64,000 nucleotides of DNA, taken from positions 35,847,222 to 35,911,221 of the forward strand of contig NC_068995.1 in assembly GCF_001194135.2 (NCBI RefSeq), in the 5' to 3' direction. Below, piece by piece: positions 1-13,472 of this stretch (position 1 is the stretch's first letter; every line of letters starts with the position of its first letter). Source of the DNA: Octopus bimaculoides (Eukaryota). The translations under genes were made by a program, and so were the position numbers. The notes under the pieces were generated by a model. It worked only from the letters and a program-made list of their open reading frames with translations, was not told the origin of the DNA and did not search any database.

Positions 1-897
1 TATGAATTCTAAAGTTAACCTGAATATATTGTCTGTAAATAAGTTGAGATAGACATGGTTGGTATGATGAGACAGGTCAGACAGGTAAATAGAGCAGTTC
101 ATTTTAGATTTTCAAACAGCTGTGAAATGATAACGATGATAATGGTGGTGGGGGTGTACCATTGCCACCAACTTTTTTGTTTACAACCAAATATGATCAC
201 AGCTATAAAGCAGTAGTAGTACATACTTTATGTTTACAATCAAGAGTAAAGTATTGAACCAAAATACACAATAATATCAACATGGTAGCCTCTATGTGGT
301 TACTGAACCTGTTAAAGAGCAGCAGGTTCAGTGACTATTCACTTTCACATCTTATTATTCTGTCATAAGAGAAAAAGGACAGACACACTGGAGAATATAG
401 TCTGAGGCTTGATATGTCTGGAAATAAGATGGAATAATTACAACTGGTTTACCGTTAACTTAAATCCACTTGATTACAACTGATTTAAGACCAAACAACA
501 GCTACAACTGTATCATTATATAATTTAGCATCTGCTTTCTATGCTGGCATGGGTTAGATGATTTGGTTGAAACTGGTAAGCTAGAGGGTTACACCAGGTT
601 CCAATCTGATTCAACATGGTTTCTACAGCTGAGTGCCCTTCTTAATGCCAACCACTCCAAGAGTGTGATGCGTGCTTTTTACATGCCACCAGCATGAGTG
701 CCAGTTACAGGACACCAGCATTGGCCACAACTATGATTCCACTTGGCTTAATGGGTCTTCTCAAGCATAGCGTATCACCATCACTTACCATTGCCTCCGT
801 GAGGCCCGTGACATTTGTATCAGCAGTATAACTGCACTAAAAGTAGATCTGACAAATTTTAAATTTACAATTTTTAGGTTAATATCAAACTCTTTAA

Positions 898-1113
898 CCT
901 TTTAGCATTTAAGCTGGCCATAACCAGCCCAAAATATTCTACCTGTTTTATGTTCAAACTGACTAGATCAAGCCTTTCACACCTATTCCACACTGTCGTT
1001 CTAAAAATAAACACATCATTGAAATCTCAAAGCAAAATGATAATGCGTGGCTGATTCAAAACAGTGAGAATAATTAGCATTATCTTTGACAGAGTGATCT
1101 GAATATTAAAAGG
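898..1113. mobile_element. piggyBac-type MITE (TTAA-flanked, CCCTTTAGCATT...AATGCTAAAGGG termini); family has many copies in the window
   Basis: TTAA at 894-897 and 1114-1117 with degenerate terminal inverted repeats. Related copies near 11440-11870, 34000-34130, 46589, 59740-59945 and 61080-61300. Confidence 0.65.
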
Positions 1114-1244
1114 TTAACATTGTTCTTTGACAGTATCAGTCAGAAAATACTGTACAAAGCTAAGATTAAATGTTTCACAACTAATTCATCATAAAGTGGT
1201 TACAATTATTATAATATAATCAGGAATTATTTTGACAGTTGTGA

Positions 1245-1585
1245 AGGCACATGGCTCAGTGGTTAGAACGTCAGACTCACAATTATGGGGTAGTGAGTTC
1301 GATTACTAAACTGGGTTGTGTTCTGTTCTTGAGCAAAACACTTTATTTCATGTTGCTCCAGTTCACTCAGCTGTAGAAATAAGTTGCAATGTCACTGGTA
1401 CCAAGCAGTATCAGCTTTTGCCTTTCCCTTGGATAATATCAGAGGCTTGGAGAAGGGAGGCTGATATGCAAGGGTGACTGCTGGTCTTCCACAAACAACC
1501 TTGCCTGGACTTGTGCCTTGGAGGGTAACTTTCTGGGAGCAATTCCACGGTCATTCATGACTGAAGGGGGTCTTTACCCTTTTCA
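1245..1585 (+). mobile_element. tRNA-derived SINE with a conserved central domain (Meta/V/CORE-like)
   Basis: A-box-like TGGCTCAGTGG and B-box-like GAGTTCGATT, then cttgagcaaaacactt...ccagttcactcagctg. An inverted copy lies at about 46622-46945. Confidence 0.7.
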
Positions 1586-3315
1586 CCCATTTTGACTGTG
1601 TATAATAGGTGATTCAATCACCTACAGTGACTTATTAGCATTGATCTTTACTGGCCTTTCAACATCAGCATCATCTGATGTCCATTTTCTGTGTTGGGAT
1701 GGGTTGGATGGTTCAACAAGAGCAAAGGAACTAAAGGACTGTGTCAAGCTTCATTCTCTGTTTCAACTGGGTGCCCTTCCTTATGCCAACCACTTTACAG
1801 GGTGTACTGAGTGTTTTTATGTGGCACCAACACTCATGAGAGTAGGGGAGTAGTAGTGAGGGAAGTGTCTTTATTCCAGGTGATGAGAGTTATGATTGAA
1901 GGACAGAAACAGGGTCTGGCGGTAGGGAAGAAACATGGTTACCCCAGTTGAAAAAGAAAGAGAATGGTGGTGAATATGAGACAGGGTGGACCCTAAAATT
2001 AAAGGAAGATGAATGAAAGAGAAGTGGTATGGGTGGGTATGAAGTATGTTAAATTATTATTTTAGTGATGTGGTCCAATTTATGATGAATAACATCTAAT
2101 AAAGCCCTCTGCTCAAAAGAATGTTGCATATACTTGAACTAAGGTCTCATCTACTTTTCAAATCATCATCATCATCATACATCTGTTGTCCATGCTGACT
2201 TGGGTTGGATGGTTTGACCAGGGCTGGTAAGCTGGGAGGCTGCACCAGACTCCAGTCTGAATTGGTATGGTTTTCTATGGCTGGATGCCCTTCCTAATGC
2301 CAACCACTCCAAGAGTGTAATATGTGCTTTTACATGCTACCGGCATAAACTCATTTGTATGAAATGTGAGTGTGTGTGTGTGTGTGTGTGTTTGTGTGTG
2401 GAGTGTGTGTGTGTGTGTGGAGTGTGTGTGTGTGTGTTTGTGTGTGTGGACATTCCCAAACACATCTGTAAATATTCACATGTGTGTATGAGAGTGTGTG
2501 TGTATACATATATATACACACACACAAATATGATACACACACACACACACACACATGATACACACACACATACATATATATATACAGACACACACACACC
2601 TGTGGAGGTGTGAGAGGGGGTGAGTGAGTGGATGGATGTGTATATACATACACCCCCACACATACACACATTACAAACTATTCTCTCATACAGCTTTGGA
2701 GATGGGTTTTGAAATAAAAAGTAAAGAATTGACAAGGTAAGTAAACAGATTAAATGTATGAGTGCACAAATGGATGTTGGCGACACCCCACCACCACCAC
2801 CACCACCACATCAATAAAAGCAGATGACAGCTTGTTGTAAAAATGTAATTGAAAAGAAAAGAGATCAATCACTCCACAAAATACTGAGTCTCTTACTTTG
2901 CTAAATAAGCAGATATATAGATCTAGTAATGCTAAAGTTATAACATTATACATAATATTATTTATGTAGTTAGCTGTTGGATATTTTTCACTGAAATTTG
3001 AAATTAACTGAAGCTGCTTTGTTGATTAAAATAACATCAACTGATTTACTGACCCTTTTAATACCAGCCCTGATTTTAAGAAAAAAAAACTTCCTGTTTT
3101 AAAGTGATCTAAATTAAAACCTTCCAAAAATCAATGCTAATTGATGTCCCAGACACCAGTTTAACAATAACAAAGTTTTATTCAACTCTTTCTAACTGAA
3201 ACAAAGGCAATATATTCCAACAGAAATATCCTAACAGACGAATTGAAAAAAAATTATTATTTTGTTTATTATTACCATTATATGTACCTTCCTTCATTGG
3301 ACACTAAACTCCACT

Positions 3316-3808
3316 TGCGAAGACCTGTTGAGGCAAGTGAAATCGAAATCGAATTAAATTCGATGATTGGCACCCATGCCAACGTCTCCTTCATTGGAAA
3401 CGAAACTCGGCTTGCGAAGACCTATTGGGGCAAGTGAAAGCGAAACCGTCAATGGTACCTGTGCCCAACATCGCCTTCCTGGCACTTGTGCCGGATGGCA
3501 TGTATAAAGACATTCGAGCGAGATCGTTGCCAGTGCCGCCGAACTGGCTCCTGTGCAGGTGGCACGTAAAATACACCATTTTGAGCATGGCCGTTGCCAG
3601 TACCACTTGACTGGCTTTCGTGCCAGTGGCACGTAAAAGCACCCACTACACTCTCGGAGTGGTTGGCGTTAGGAAGGGCATCCAGCTGTAGAAACTCTGC
3701 CAAATCTGATTGGAGCCTGGTGTAGCCATCTGGTTTCACCAGTCCTCAGTCAAATCGTCCAACCCATGCTAGTATGGAAAGCAAACGTTAAATGATGATG
3801 ATGATGAT
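3316..3808 (+). mobile_element. Young LINE 3'-UTR fragment with (GAT)n tail
   Basis: Nearly identical to inverted copies at 35808-36055, 52105-52283 and 62486-62731. Dozens of older ~150-bp tails with (ATC)n/(GAT)n occur across the window. Confidence 0.8.
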
Positions 3809-4978
3809 ATAAATGTACATGATCCCCATGGGTACTGGTGCCACGTAAAAGCACCCAGTACACTCAGTAAAGTGGTTGGCATTAGGAAGGGCATCCAGCC
3901 ATAGAAACCATGCCAAAACAGACAACTGGCCCAGCCCTCTGGCTTGCCAGTTCCTGTCAAAACCATCCAACCCATACCAGCAGAGAGAACAGATATTAAA
4001 TGATGATGAAGATGGCAGTAGCAACGATGACGATAACGACAATGAAAGAGATGAGGCTGAGTAAGTTAGTTTGCTGAGATCTACAAAAATGGACTTGCTG
4101 AATAGACAGACCTTCCCCAAAGCTCGAGAAATATGAGTAAATTCATTCAAATTATAAAGGCTCTTGCCAGTAAAAAGGGTTGGGAACCATAGCTGTACAT
4201 GGTCACAACTCGGTTGAAATAGCAGGCAAATCTCCCTCGAGAAAATACATCTTACCATATCAAATAATGGAATGATACATTTGAAACATTAGGCATGAAA
4301 AATAAAACAAGTATAGTCACAGCTAGTATACTGTTGATCAAAGATCTGCTCAATGAGAGCTGACTGAAGTTAAATAACAACTTGCAACATGGCCATCACG
4401 ACTGTTTTTATCCCACTTTTAATATTACTATCTTCCGCATATGACTGTCATTACTCTCACAACACCATATTGTCTATTTCTCTCTCAAGCCACTCCACCA
4501 TCAATACTCTATTGTCACCCACAACCACCAGCATCACTACTCACTCCTACAACTACTGCCCACTCACATGGTTAAGTAGGCATGTGTTGGTGGTGGAACA
4601 ATTGCCATTCAGCATAATGGTATTTATTGATATTCTCTTTCGCCCATCTTCACACCAATATATATATATATATATATATATATAGATATATTGGTGTGAA
4701 GATGGGCTAAAGAGAATATATACTACATGTATCAACATATAAATTGTATATATAAAAATAACCATTTATATATATAGATAGATAGAAACACATATTCATA
4801 TCTATATATATACATCTAAATACAGATGTGTGTGTGTGTATGTATTTACATATATATTTATACAGACACACACATATATATATATACTTATGAGTTATCC
4901 ATATATGTATAAATGTATGTACATGTGTATGTATATATATATGCATGTGTGTAAGTGCTTATATAAATAAATAAATAA

Positions 4979-5015
<37 letters not shown>

Positions 5016-5175
5016 TATACACACACGCACACATATATATACACACATACACACAGACATATATACACACACACACACAGACACAAAACCATTATTTACC
5101 CATGAACACCAATATTGTTATTTGCATTGATTTTCAAGTTGTAGTTTGTTATCTCTTTAGGTTAGCATGTGGGTG

Positions 5176-5209
<34 letters not shown>

Positions 5210-5694
5210 TAATTTTAAAAAGACATTAATGAGTGTCCTTTATATGACATTCTATATGAATGCAAGTGAGAGAAAATAAAGGCAAGACTGTTAAATAAAG
5301 AAAGCTCTAAATGTGTGTACATGTATGAAAGGGTGAGAGAAAGAAACACATATCATCATCATCATCAGCAGCAGCAGCATCATTATCATCATCATCATCA
5401 ATGACATCATTTTTATATGCAGTTTCTTCACTCATAGCCATGGGTTGGACAAGACTCACTGAGGTAATGTTCTATGGCCAGATGACCTTGACAAGGCCAA
5501 CCCTTACTTGTTTACAAGTAAGCTATTTATTTCACGTTTCCCACACGAAGTTTCCAGACTTTAATGTTTATGAGGGAGGGAGACAATGTCCACCAGATGA
5601 TGTTGGCTAACACAAACACACACAGTGACAACATATACACATCTGCATGCATGCGGACACAGATACACAAGAGATATACCCACATGTACATGTG

Positions 5695-5734
<40 letters not shown>

Positions 5735-7409
5735 TGTGTGTGTGTGCGTGTGTGTGTGTGTGTGTGTGTGGATTAGGTGAATTGGCAGAGTTGATAGAGT
5801 ACTTTGAAGTAATCATTCCATGTTCTGAGTTCAAACTCAAGCAAGATAGACTTTAATTTTTATCCCTTCATGGTTCATAAATAAAGAACGAGTCCAGAAC
5901 TGGGCTTAATTTTTCTCTCTCTTTCCTCCTGGAAGATATTGGCCATAGCCAGACCTAGAGGTGGTTGGGGTGAGCCAGGTTTAGATACTAGGGATATATC
6001 ATATATGGTGTTGTCCCTGCGATACCACTGGGAGTTGAAGATGTAAAAGAAAGACAGAGGCATCAAAATCATCATCATCATCATCATCATCATTGTCATC
6101 ATCATCATTGTCATCATCATGCACTGCTGCTGCCATAGGCATGTTATAAAGTCTGCCTCAATATGTTTTGTCCAGACCTTACCAGCATGGAAATATGGAT
6201 ACAAATGTGATGATGAAAATGACAATGATGACGATGGCAGCTGTGCCGCCGCTGCTGTCATCATCATCATCATCATCATCAATTTTATTTCCATTTCTCA
6301 AGACCAATATGGTTTGTGCGAAACGTACTGGAGCAGGCTATTAACTTGACTGGGTTTGCCATCCACCAAAGCTTGACAACCAACATTGGTTTGTTTATGT
6401 CCCTGCAATTTAGCATTTCAGCATATAGAGTTAGATAGAATATATACTGAACTTTAAAAAGAAATATAAGTACTGGGGTCAAGTTGTTCAACTAAAACCC
6501 ATAAAGGCGGTGCCCCAGCATGGCTGCGGAGGTAGTACAACATACAGTTTTGTCAAGAGTCATGGCGACCCTTGACAAGAAAGATTATACATTCCTTTTT
6601 GCGGGCCCCGATTTGTCGGTGCAGAGTTGTCAGCAGGCAGCAACTCAACTTGCTTGGGGGCCCCAATGAGGAGGACTAATTTCTTAAATTGTAAGAGGTT
6701 TGTAACCTCATATTTTGTAATTCACAGGAAGAACTTACAGACATTGAAAATTTTGAGGACTAAAGTTTTTATTGTAAGAGGTGTAAAAACCTCGTATAAA
6801 TTGTAAGAGGTTTGTAGCCTCATATTCTGTAATTTACAGGAGAGAACATTGTTTTAGGGAGATGAGGGGTCGGCGGGCGCCACTTGTCTCCCTCATTTTA
6901 TCATTTAATTTTATTATCATTCATCTCATTAATGTACTAGTCTAGCCCACAACTGCTTCTTCTGTGTAATGCCCTGGTGGCAAATCAAATGAAATAAAGA
7001 AGTTTGCTTCCAAACCACATGGTTCAGGGTTCAGCCTACTCTGTGGCACCTAGAGCAAGTGTCTTCTACTATAGTCTCAAGCCTATCAAAGCCTTGTGAA
7101 TGGATTTGGTAAATGAAAACTGAAACAAGCCTGTCATATATATATATGTATATATCTGTGTGTGTGTCTTTGTGTCTGTATTTAGCCCCACCACCACTTC
7201 ACAATCAGTGTTGGTTTGTTTACATCATTGTAACTTAGCAGTTTGACAAAACTGACTGATAGAGTAAGTACCAGGCTTTAAAAAATAAGTACTGGGATTG
7301 ATATACTTGACTAAAAATTCTTCAAGGTGGTGCCCTTGCATGGCCACAGATAAACGATAAAAAAATAATAAATTATAATTTGCTCTTTCATGCCAGGTAT
7401 GATAGAGTT

Positions 7410-7793
7410 GGAGGCGCAATGGCCCAGTGGTTAGGGCAGCAGACTCGCGGTCATACGATCGCGGTTTCGATTCCCAGACTGGGCGTTGTGAGTGTTTATT
7501 GAGCAAAAACACCTAAAGCTCCACGCGGCTCTGGCAGGGGATGGTGACGAACCCTGCTGTACTCTTTCACCACAACTTTCTCTCACTCTTACTTCCTGTT
7601 TCTGTTGTGCCTGTAATTCAAAGGGTCAGCCTTGTCACACTGTGTCACGCTAAATATCCCCGAGAACTATGTGAAGGGTACACCTGTCTGTGGAGTGCTC
7701 AGCCACTTGCACGTTAATTTCACGAGCAGGCTGTTCCATTGATCAGATCAACTGGAACCCTCGACGTCGTAAGCGACGGAGTGCCAACAACAA
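7410..7793 (+). mobile_element. Young full-length tRNA-derived SINE
   Basis: tRNA-like head (TGGCCCAGTGG; GGTTTCGATTCC), CpGs retained, (CAA)n tail, near-perfect 10-bp TSD atgatagagt 7399-7408 / atggtagagt 7794-7803. Older copies at about 45060-45356 (+) and 47520-47760 (-). Confidence 0.85.
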
Positions 7794-8191
7794 ATGGTAG
7801 AGTGGATCTTGCTCCAGTTTTTATTAACTTTTCATTCTGCATCCATTTAGACTTTGTCTTTTGTTATAACTTTCTGCCATCGTTTTGTGTTTGGTCACTG
7901 TGTTTACCCATCCAATTACAGACAGGCTATCCATTTCATTAAGATGTCTGTATAAGGGAGTTTAGGGAAGCTCTCTTTGATGGTTTCCACACAGTAACTC
8001 ACTGTTCAGCACAGCCTTGAACATCCTAGTAGTATCCACCCTGTGGTTCATATATCTCTACGAGTGAAACTGTGATGCCAGCAAAATAGGCTCAATATCA
8101 TCATCATCATTTAAGATCCATTTTCCATGCTGACATGGGTTGGATGGTCCAACAGAAGTTGTTGGGCCAGTAGACTGAGCCAAGCATATAT

Positions 8192-8235
<44 letters not shown>

Positions 8236-8757
8236 GCTTTGGCATGATTTTTACAGCTGGATGCTCTTCCTAATGCCAGTCACATGATAGAGTATACTGA
8301 GTGCTTTTATGTGGCACCAGCACCAGTCAGATTAGCAAGTAACTCACAAGAAAGACACCCATTCAACTGAGTAGGGTGTTGTGTTGAAGGAAGTGGCTCC
8401 TGTCAAACCATCCACCCCATGCCAACATGGAAGGCAGATGTTAAATGATGATGATGATGGTAATTATTAAACTATATCGCATAAACACAAACTGACATTG
8501 GATTTTAAAAGTTATTTACGATAACCATAAAATGAATAAACATTCATGTCCCAAAATTGTTAGTGTCCTTAAAACTGATATGTTGAACATATAATAATTA
8601 ACAGATACTATCACTCAACTATGGAAAGTTTATCACAGAAGTTTTGTGTGTCAATTCTTCTCGAAGGTTTCTTAACAATGCATTCTGTTTCCAAATTTTG
8701 AGCATTATCAAGCAGACATAAAATGGTCTGTTAGTTGGCCAATCCTTTGATGATGTA

Positions 8758-8957
8758 TGAGGGAGTGCTGAAAAGTTCCCTCATACAGAAGGATCACTTA
8801 ATTATGATTTTATTCAACATATTCCACTCTCAGATTCACACACTTATTACAATGTCCTTCAGTTTTTCTAAGCCTTATAAAAGATCTCAGAATGTTGGGC
8901 CTCCAATCAGGCTTTTTGCCAAACCCTTAAAGCCAGGAACTTTTCAGTATCCCCTCG
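8758..8957. mobile_element. mariner-derived MITE
   Basis: TA-flanked TIRs tgagggagtgctgaaaagttcc / ggaacttttcagtatcccctcg. A second copy lies at 43333-43545. Confidence 0.8.
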
Positions 8958-9069
8958 TAAGTACTGCACTTTATTTATAATGTTTAAATACAAAAAAAAA
9001 ACAGGAAAAAGGAGAGATAAGAAAAGGAAAGAAAAAGAAAAGAGAGGGTGGAAGTAAAGCAGCAGAAGA

Positions 9070-10250
9070 TGGAGGGCGAGACAATGGTCCACATATCCCA
9101 GAACAAGTGGAGCGCTCAGCTGTGCTGTGTGGTATTGACCATGATGGCATTGACATGGAGAATGGTCAGCAACATTCTCTGCAGCAGCCACTCCACCTCA
9201 TGGAGCTTATTTCTCTGACAAGTTCATTGTTATCCCTATTTTGCAGAAGAAATTGGTAGTATAGGGTCCTAGAACACCTGACATTTCAACGGCAACTGGG
9301 ACAAACTGATAGTGGTATTGATTTTTTTCTTACCTCCATGTTACATGTTAAGACGCCCGGGTTTGCAGCCAATGCTGCAAGGTTGGAGCTGCAGAACATG
9401 TCACTGCATATCATGTCCCAGAATAGAGATCTGCCTCCCTGGAATGGGAAGATGATTATTCCATCATGGTGCTTACCATTCCTGTGGCCAAGACCTGCTG
9501 ACTCAAGTTGAGACAGGGAGCCAGCCGCATAAAGCCCCTTCTGATTATGTTATTCAGAGTGGTGTGTCAGGGGAAATTGGACCATGCTGGAGTAGCAGGA
9601 TAATGGATGCAAACTGAATTCATCTACTACAGCCGCACAGCAACATTTGTGCAGCTCAGATATGTGGAGACCGAGGTGTTGGGCCACTCTGATACGGGTG
9701 CTCTGAGCATCTAGAAAGATACCAGTAGGTGAGGTAAAAAGGTAAAGTTTTCATATTGAGTCATGGTGACTCATGGCATATATATTTCCCACTTGAATGG
9801 GATACTCATTTTTGCCAGCTGAGTGGACTGGAGTAATGTGAAATGAAGTGTTTTGCTCAAGAACCACAACATGTCACCCAGTCCAGGAATCAAATCCACA
9901 ATCTTATGATCATGAGTCCAATATTCTAACCACTAAGCTGCACACCTCCACAGTAAGTGAGGAGGCTACCGAATTGAGCCATGCACTGCTATTTGGCTGC
10001 ATGGCAGAACAGAGGTAGGCAAGGTGGTGCTGGTCTAACAATGTTTCTAACCATTTGAAGGTGGACTTGTATCGGATGTCACTCCAGTTGCGTTAAACAT
10101 CTGTATTCTGGGAGACAGCAAGCCCATCAGAAATCCAGTCAACTAGATCTGAATTTAGCTCCAGAGCCATCCCAAAGTATCTCACCAATCAGGGTATGAC
10201 TGGAGAAAACCAAGGAAAAGTAGTCAAGTAATTGGATTCTGTGAATTGTA
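9070..10250 (-). mobile_element. Decayed CRE-clade-like non-LTR retrotransposon C-terminus (Cys/His knuckle plus restriction-like endonuclease), split by a SINE at 9735-9950
   Basis: My translation: RIRVAQHLGLHISELHKCCCAAVVDEFSLHPLSC...HTTLNNIIRR...GLGHRNGKHHDGIIIFPFQGGRSLFWDMICSD...EVRK...FVPVAVEMSGVLG. Confidence 0.75.
9735..9950 (-). mobile_element. SINE fragment inserted into the CRE-like element
   Basis: tRNA-like head on the minus strand; 12-bp TSD cagtaggtgagg 9723-9734 / cagtaagtgagg 9951-9962. Confidence 0.8.
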
Positions 10251-10769
10251 CTGGTGGTTATATATCATTATTAGAAATAATTACAACAAAGGTGAAGTGG
10301 AGTTGGGCATGGCAATGAGTGTCTAGAGCAAAACAGTCAATGCTACTGAATTGCATCTCTTTAGCTTCTGCAATCAAACCTCATCATGGTCAATTTTTGT
10401 CTGTCTTATTTCACGGGTTGGTAAAATAAGTACATGTAGCCTTGTTTATCACTGATTCAATGCTCTCTGATCCAGGATAACACGATACACTGTATGGTAG
10501 ATCATGTTACACTAATCACAGATTGATTTGTGACAATATGAGTTAGTGGTCCATTGAAGATTCTGCCTGGACTACAAACAAAAACATGTCCCAGAGACCA
10601 CCCATAATGCTCATTTACCAAGAATGCACTGACTATCACATGTCATTACATGCCTGTACCACAAAACCGCATATTTTTTATACAGATTTATGTACTCATA
10701 CCTATCAACATAGAACCAGTGAGCAGAAAAAATACAAAGGCACCTGATCCTAACAAACGATATATAGAT

Positions 10770-10900
10770 ATGTCTACACTCAACTGAAAAAGAGAGATAA
10801 TTAAGAAAATAAGCGATGGGAGAAGCTTCGCCGCTGTGGGCTGTGTGTTTGGTGTTAATGAATCTACCATTTGTGCCATTTACAAAATGCATGGGGATGT
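10770..10900 (+). mobile_element. pogo/Tigger transposase N-terminal HTH remnant
   Basis: EIIKKISDGRSFAAVGCVFGVNESTICAIYK resembles the CENP-B/pogo HTH. Confidence 0.6.
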
Positions 10901-12334
10901 TTCTTATAACTCTGACTTGTTTATCACCATGTGTCACAAGCCCTGTGATGAATGAGAATAGACATTAGACATACCAATAAATTTATGGGTAGGTCTAATC
11001 AACTTTATTTATACAGTTTGTGTGCCTCTGTTATAAATTATTATTTTTGGCATAATCACTTAAGTAGCAAGAACATTCGAATTGCATTTTTGGAAGCTTT
11101 ACATAATAAAGATGCACTCACACAAACACACACACACTACAATGTCATAGAAGTACATGAACATCCTGTGTCAACAATACTAGTTCATTGTGTGTACACA
11201 TAAATAGTGTAGGTGATAAATATAGAGATATCTAAGATATATCTAAAGATAAGCATACAGATATCTTATTGGGCAGAATGGCCTTCCAGATGCCTTAATC
11301 ATCTGAAGGAAAATTTCCCAAAAAAGAAGCAGTCACTTCTAAAATATTTCAAATATGTTAATGTCCTTGGGAAAGAAATATTTCATGAACAGGGCGAAGC
11401 ATTATGTCATCCACTTATGGACACTCTGGTTCCATCATCAACCCATTAGAATTAAAACCAGCTGTATCCAGCCCAAATGTTCTACATGTTTCATGTTCAG
11501 ACTGGCCAGATCTGGCCTCTCACACCTACCTTACAGCATCATTTTAAACATAAATAATCACATCATTGAAATCTCAAAACTGTAGGATAAAGCATGATTA
11601 ATTCAAAACAATATGAATAAATAGGCATTACATTTAACAGCGCTAAATGCTAAAGAGTTCTTTAGCATTCACGTTATTCTGTCAAATGGAATGTTTATTT
11701 ATTCATATTGTCTTGAATTAATCATGCATTATCGTGTAGCTTTGCAACTTTGATGAGGAAACTGTTAATTTTTAAAATTATATTATAGGTTAGTGTGAGA
11801 AGCCAGATCTGGCCAGTTTGAAGATAAAATATTTTGGCTGGATATGGCTGGTATAAATGTTAACGGGTTAAATTACAATGAAATATTTATTCTGTATTAA
11901 AATATCATCTATGAAGTGGTGCTCTTATAATGTGTTGAAAGGGTTATTTGCTTAAAAAGCTTGCATGATCATCAAACAGAATTCAGTGAGGCAGATTTTC
12001 TATAGCCAGATGCTTTGCATGTCACCAGTCTCCACTAGTTTCTAAGCAAGGTAATTTTCCAGTGACCAGATACGCTTTCACAGAAGGTTGAAAATGAATC
12101 ATACCATTTGTACGACGGGTAACACTAATTTACAACTATCATGTGATGTCTAGTCAATGAGGCACACGCACACTCATGCATGTGGTCTTATGGTAAGAAG
12201 CTTGCTTCCCAACTACATGGTTCCAGGTTCAGTCCCACTGCATAGCACCTTGGGCAAATGCCTTCTACTATAGCCTCAGTCTAACTAAATCCTTGTAAGT
12301 GGATTTGGTGGATGGAAAATTGAAAGAAGCCTGT

Positions 12335-12408
<74 letters not shown>

Positions 12409-12644
12409 GGGATAAAAATCCAAATTTACAGGTAAAAACTCAAATTCAATTTATCAAAAATTAATATTAAATTAAGTTTCACAGTATAAAATATATAAAT
12501 ATATAGTTTTAGAGAAAAGAACCAAAGTTCATGAACTCATTTATGAAAATCCACAGTCACATATAGAAAAATTAATAAGTAAAAGCACGATAACTAAGTA
12601 TAATATACTACAAAGTAAAAATCATAAGATAATGATAATAAAAC

Positions 12645-12754
12645 GACTACACATGTTTCATAACCAAGTTTTCAAATAGAAAATAAAATATATTCAAATC
12701 GATTAAATCAATCGAAAATCAATTTTATTCAAAAATATAGCTAATCTTCAGGTC
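12645..12754 (-). ncRNA. Candidate type I hammerhead ribozyme inside an AT-rich repeat element (about 12408-12780)
   Basis: GAC-CTGAAGA-T-TAGCTA...TGGTTA-T-GAAAC-ATGT-GTA-GTC: intact core, GUA triplet, pairable stems I, II and III. Confidence 0.5.
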
Positions 12755-13139
12755 AAAATACAACAATAATAATAATAAAAAGAATGCACAGATTTAGGTT
12801 TGCACTTGTCTCATCCTCATTTTTTGCTGCACGTTGTGTGTTTGTTTGCTGTTCAATTTTGACAGTCATTTTATAGGAGACATTTTTTTGGTTAGGAATA
12901 TCAGTAAGTAATAGTCAAATGAAATTACAAATGCTGTGTCCTGTCAGTGTTAGTGCTGAAATTCTGATGTTATATTACAGGAATGGAAGGCAAGGTAACA
13001 GTAAGTAATAGTCCAATGAAATTACAAATGCTGTGTCCTGTCTGTCAGATTTAATTTTACTCGTCCTGTATGTGTATTATATGAGAAAAACGTAATAATT
13101 GAAATAGAAAAAAGATGGATTTCATATACAAACTTCTGT

Positions 13140-13427
13140 TTATTTTTCAAGTTGCAATCCAGCAACTTTTAGTGTTTGGCCCTGACTTTTATTAATGCTC
13201 ATGGCAAAAGAAAGTGGGATAGGAAACTCTAAGGGCTTAAATTTGAATGGGCTATTAGTTGGTATAACAGGTATGCGAAGAATGAAGACAGTGTCACCTT
13301 TACTACAACCAGTGAGAATATTTGCCTCAATGCAGCTCATCATAGGTTTGTGCACTATTAATGTTGCCTCCCTTGAACCATTTACTTTCACTTTATGAGA
13401 CCAACAAACACGAATGGACAGAATCTC

Positions 13428-13440
<13 letters not shown>
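13140..13440 (-). mobile_element. Helitron remnant with helicase C-terminal fragment
   Basis: ILTGCSKGDTVFILRIPVIPTNSPFKFK..FPI.LSFAMSINKSQGQTLKVAGLQL is the Helitron Pif1-like helicase motif. Confidence 0.85.

Positions 13441-13472
<32 letters not shown>

Noticed and set aside
2275-5856. HT-, CV-, IY- and poly-M/I-rich ORFs here and throughout the window
   Set aside because: Translations of (CA)n, (TA)n and (ATC)n microsatellites.
7410-7490. tRNA-like sequence
   Set aside because: It is the head of a SINE with body, tail and TSD, not a tRNA gene.
10611-10760. Possible exon 9 of the Tudor gene
   Set aside because: In the required phase 1 it stops after 3 codons and shows no recognisable motif.
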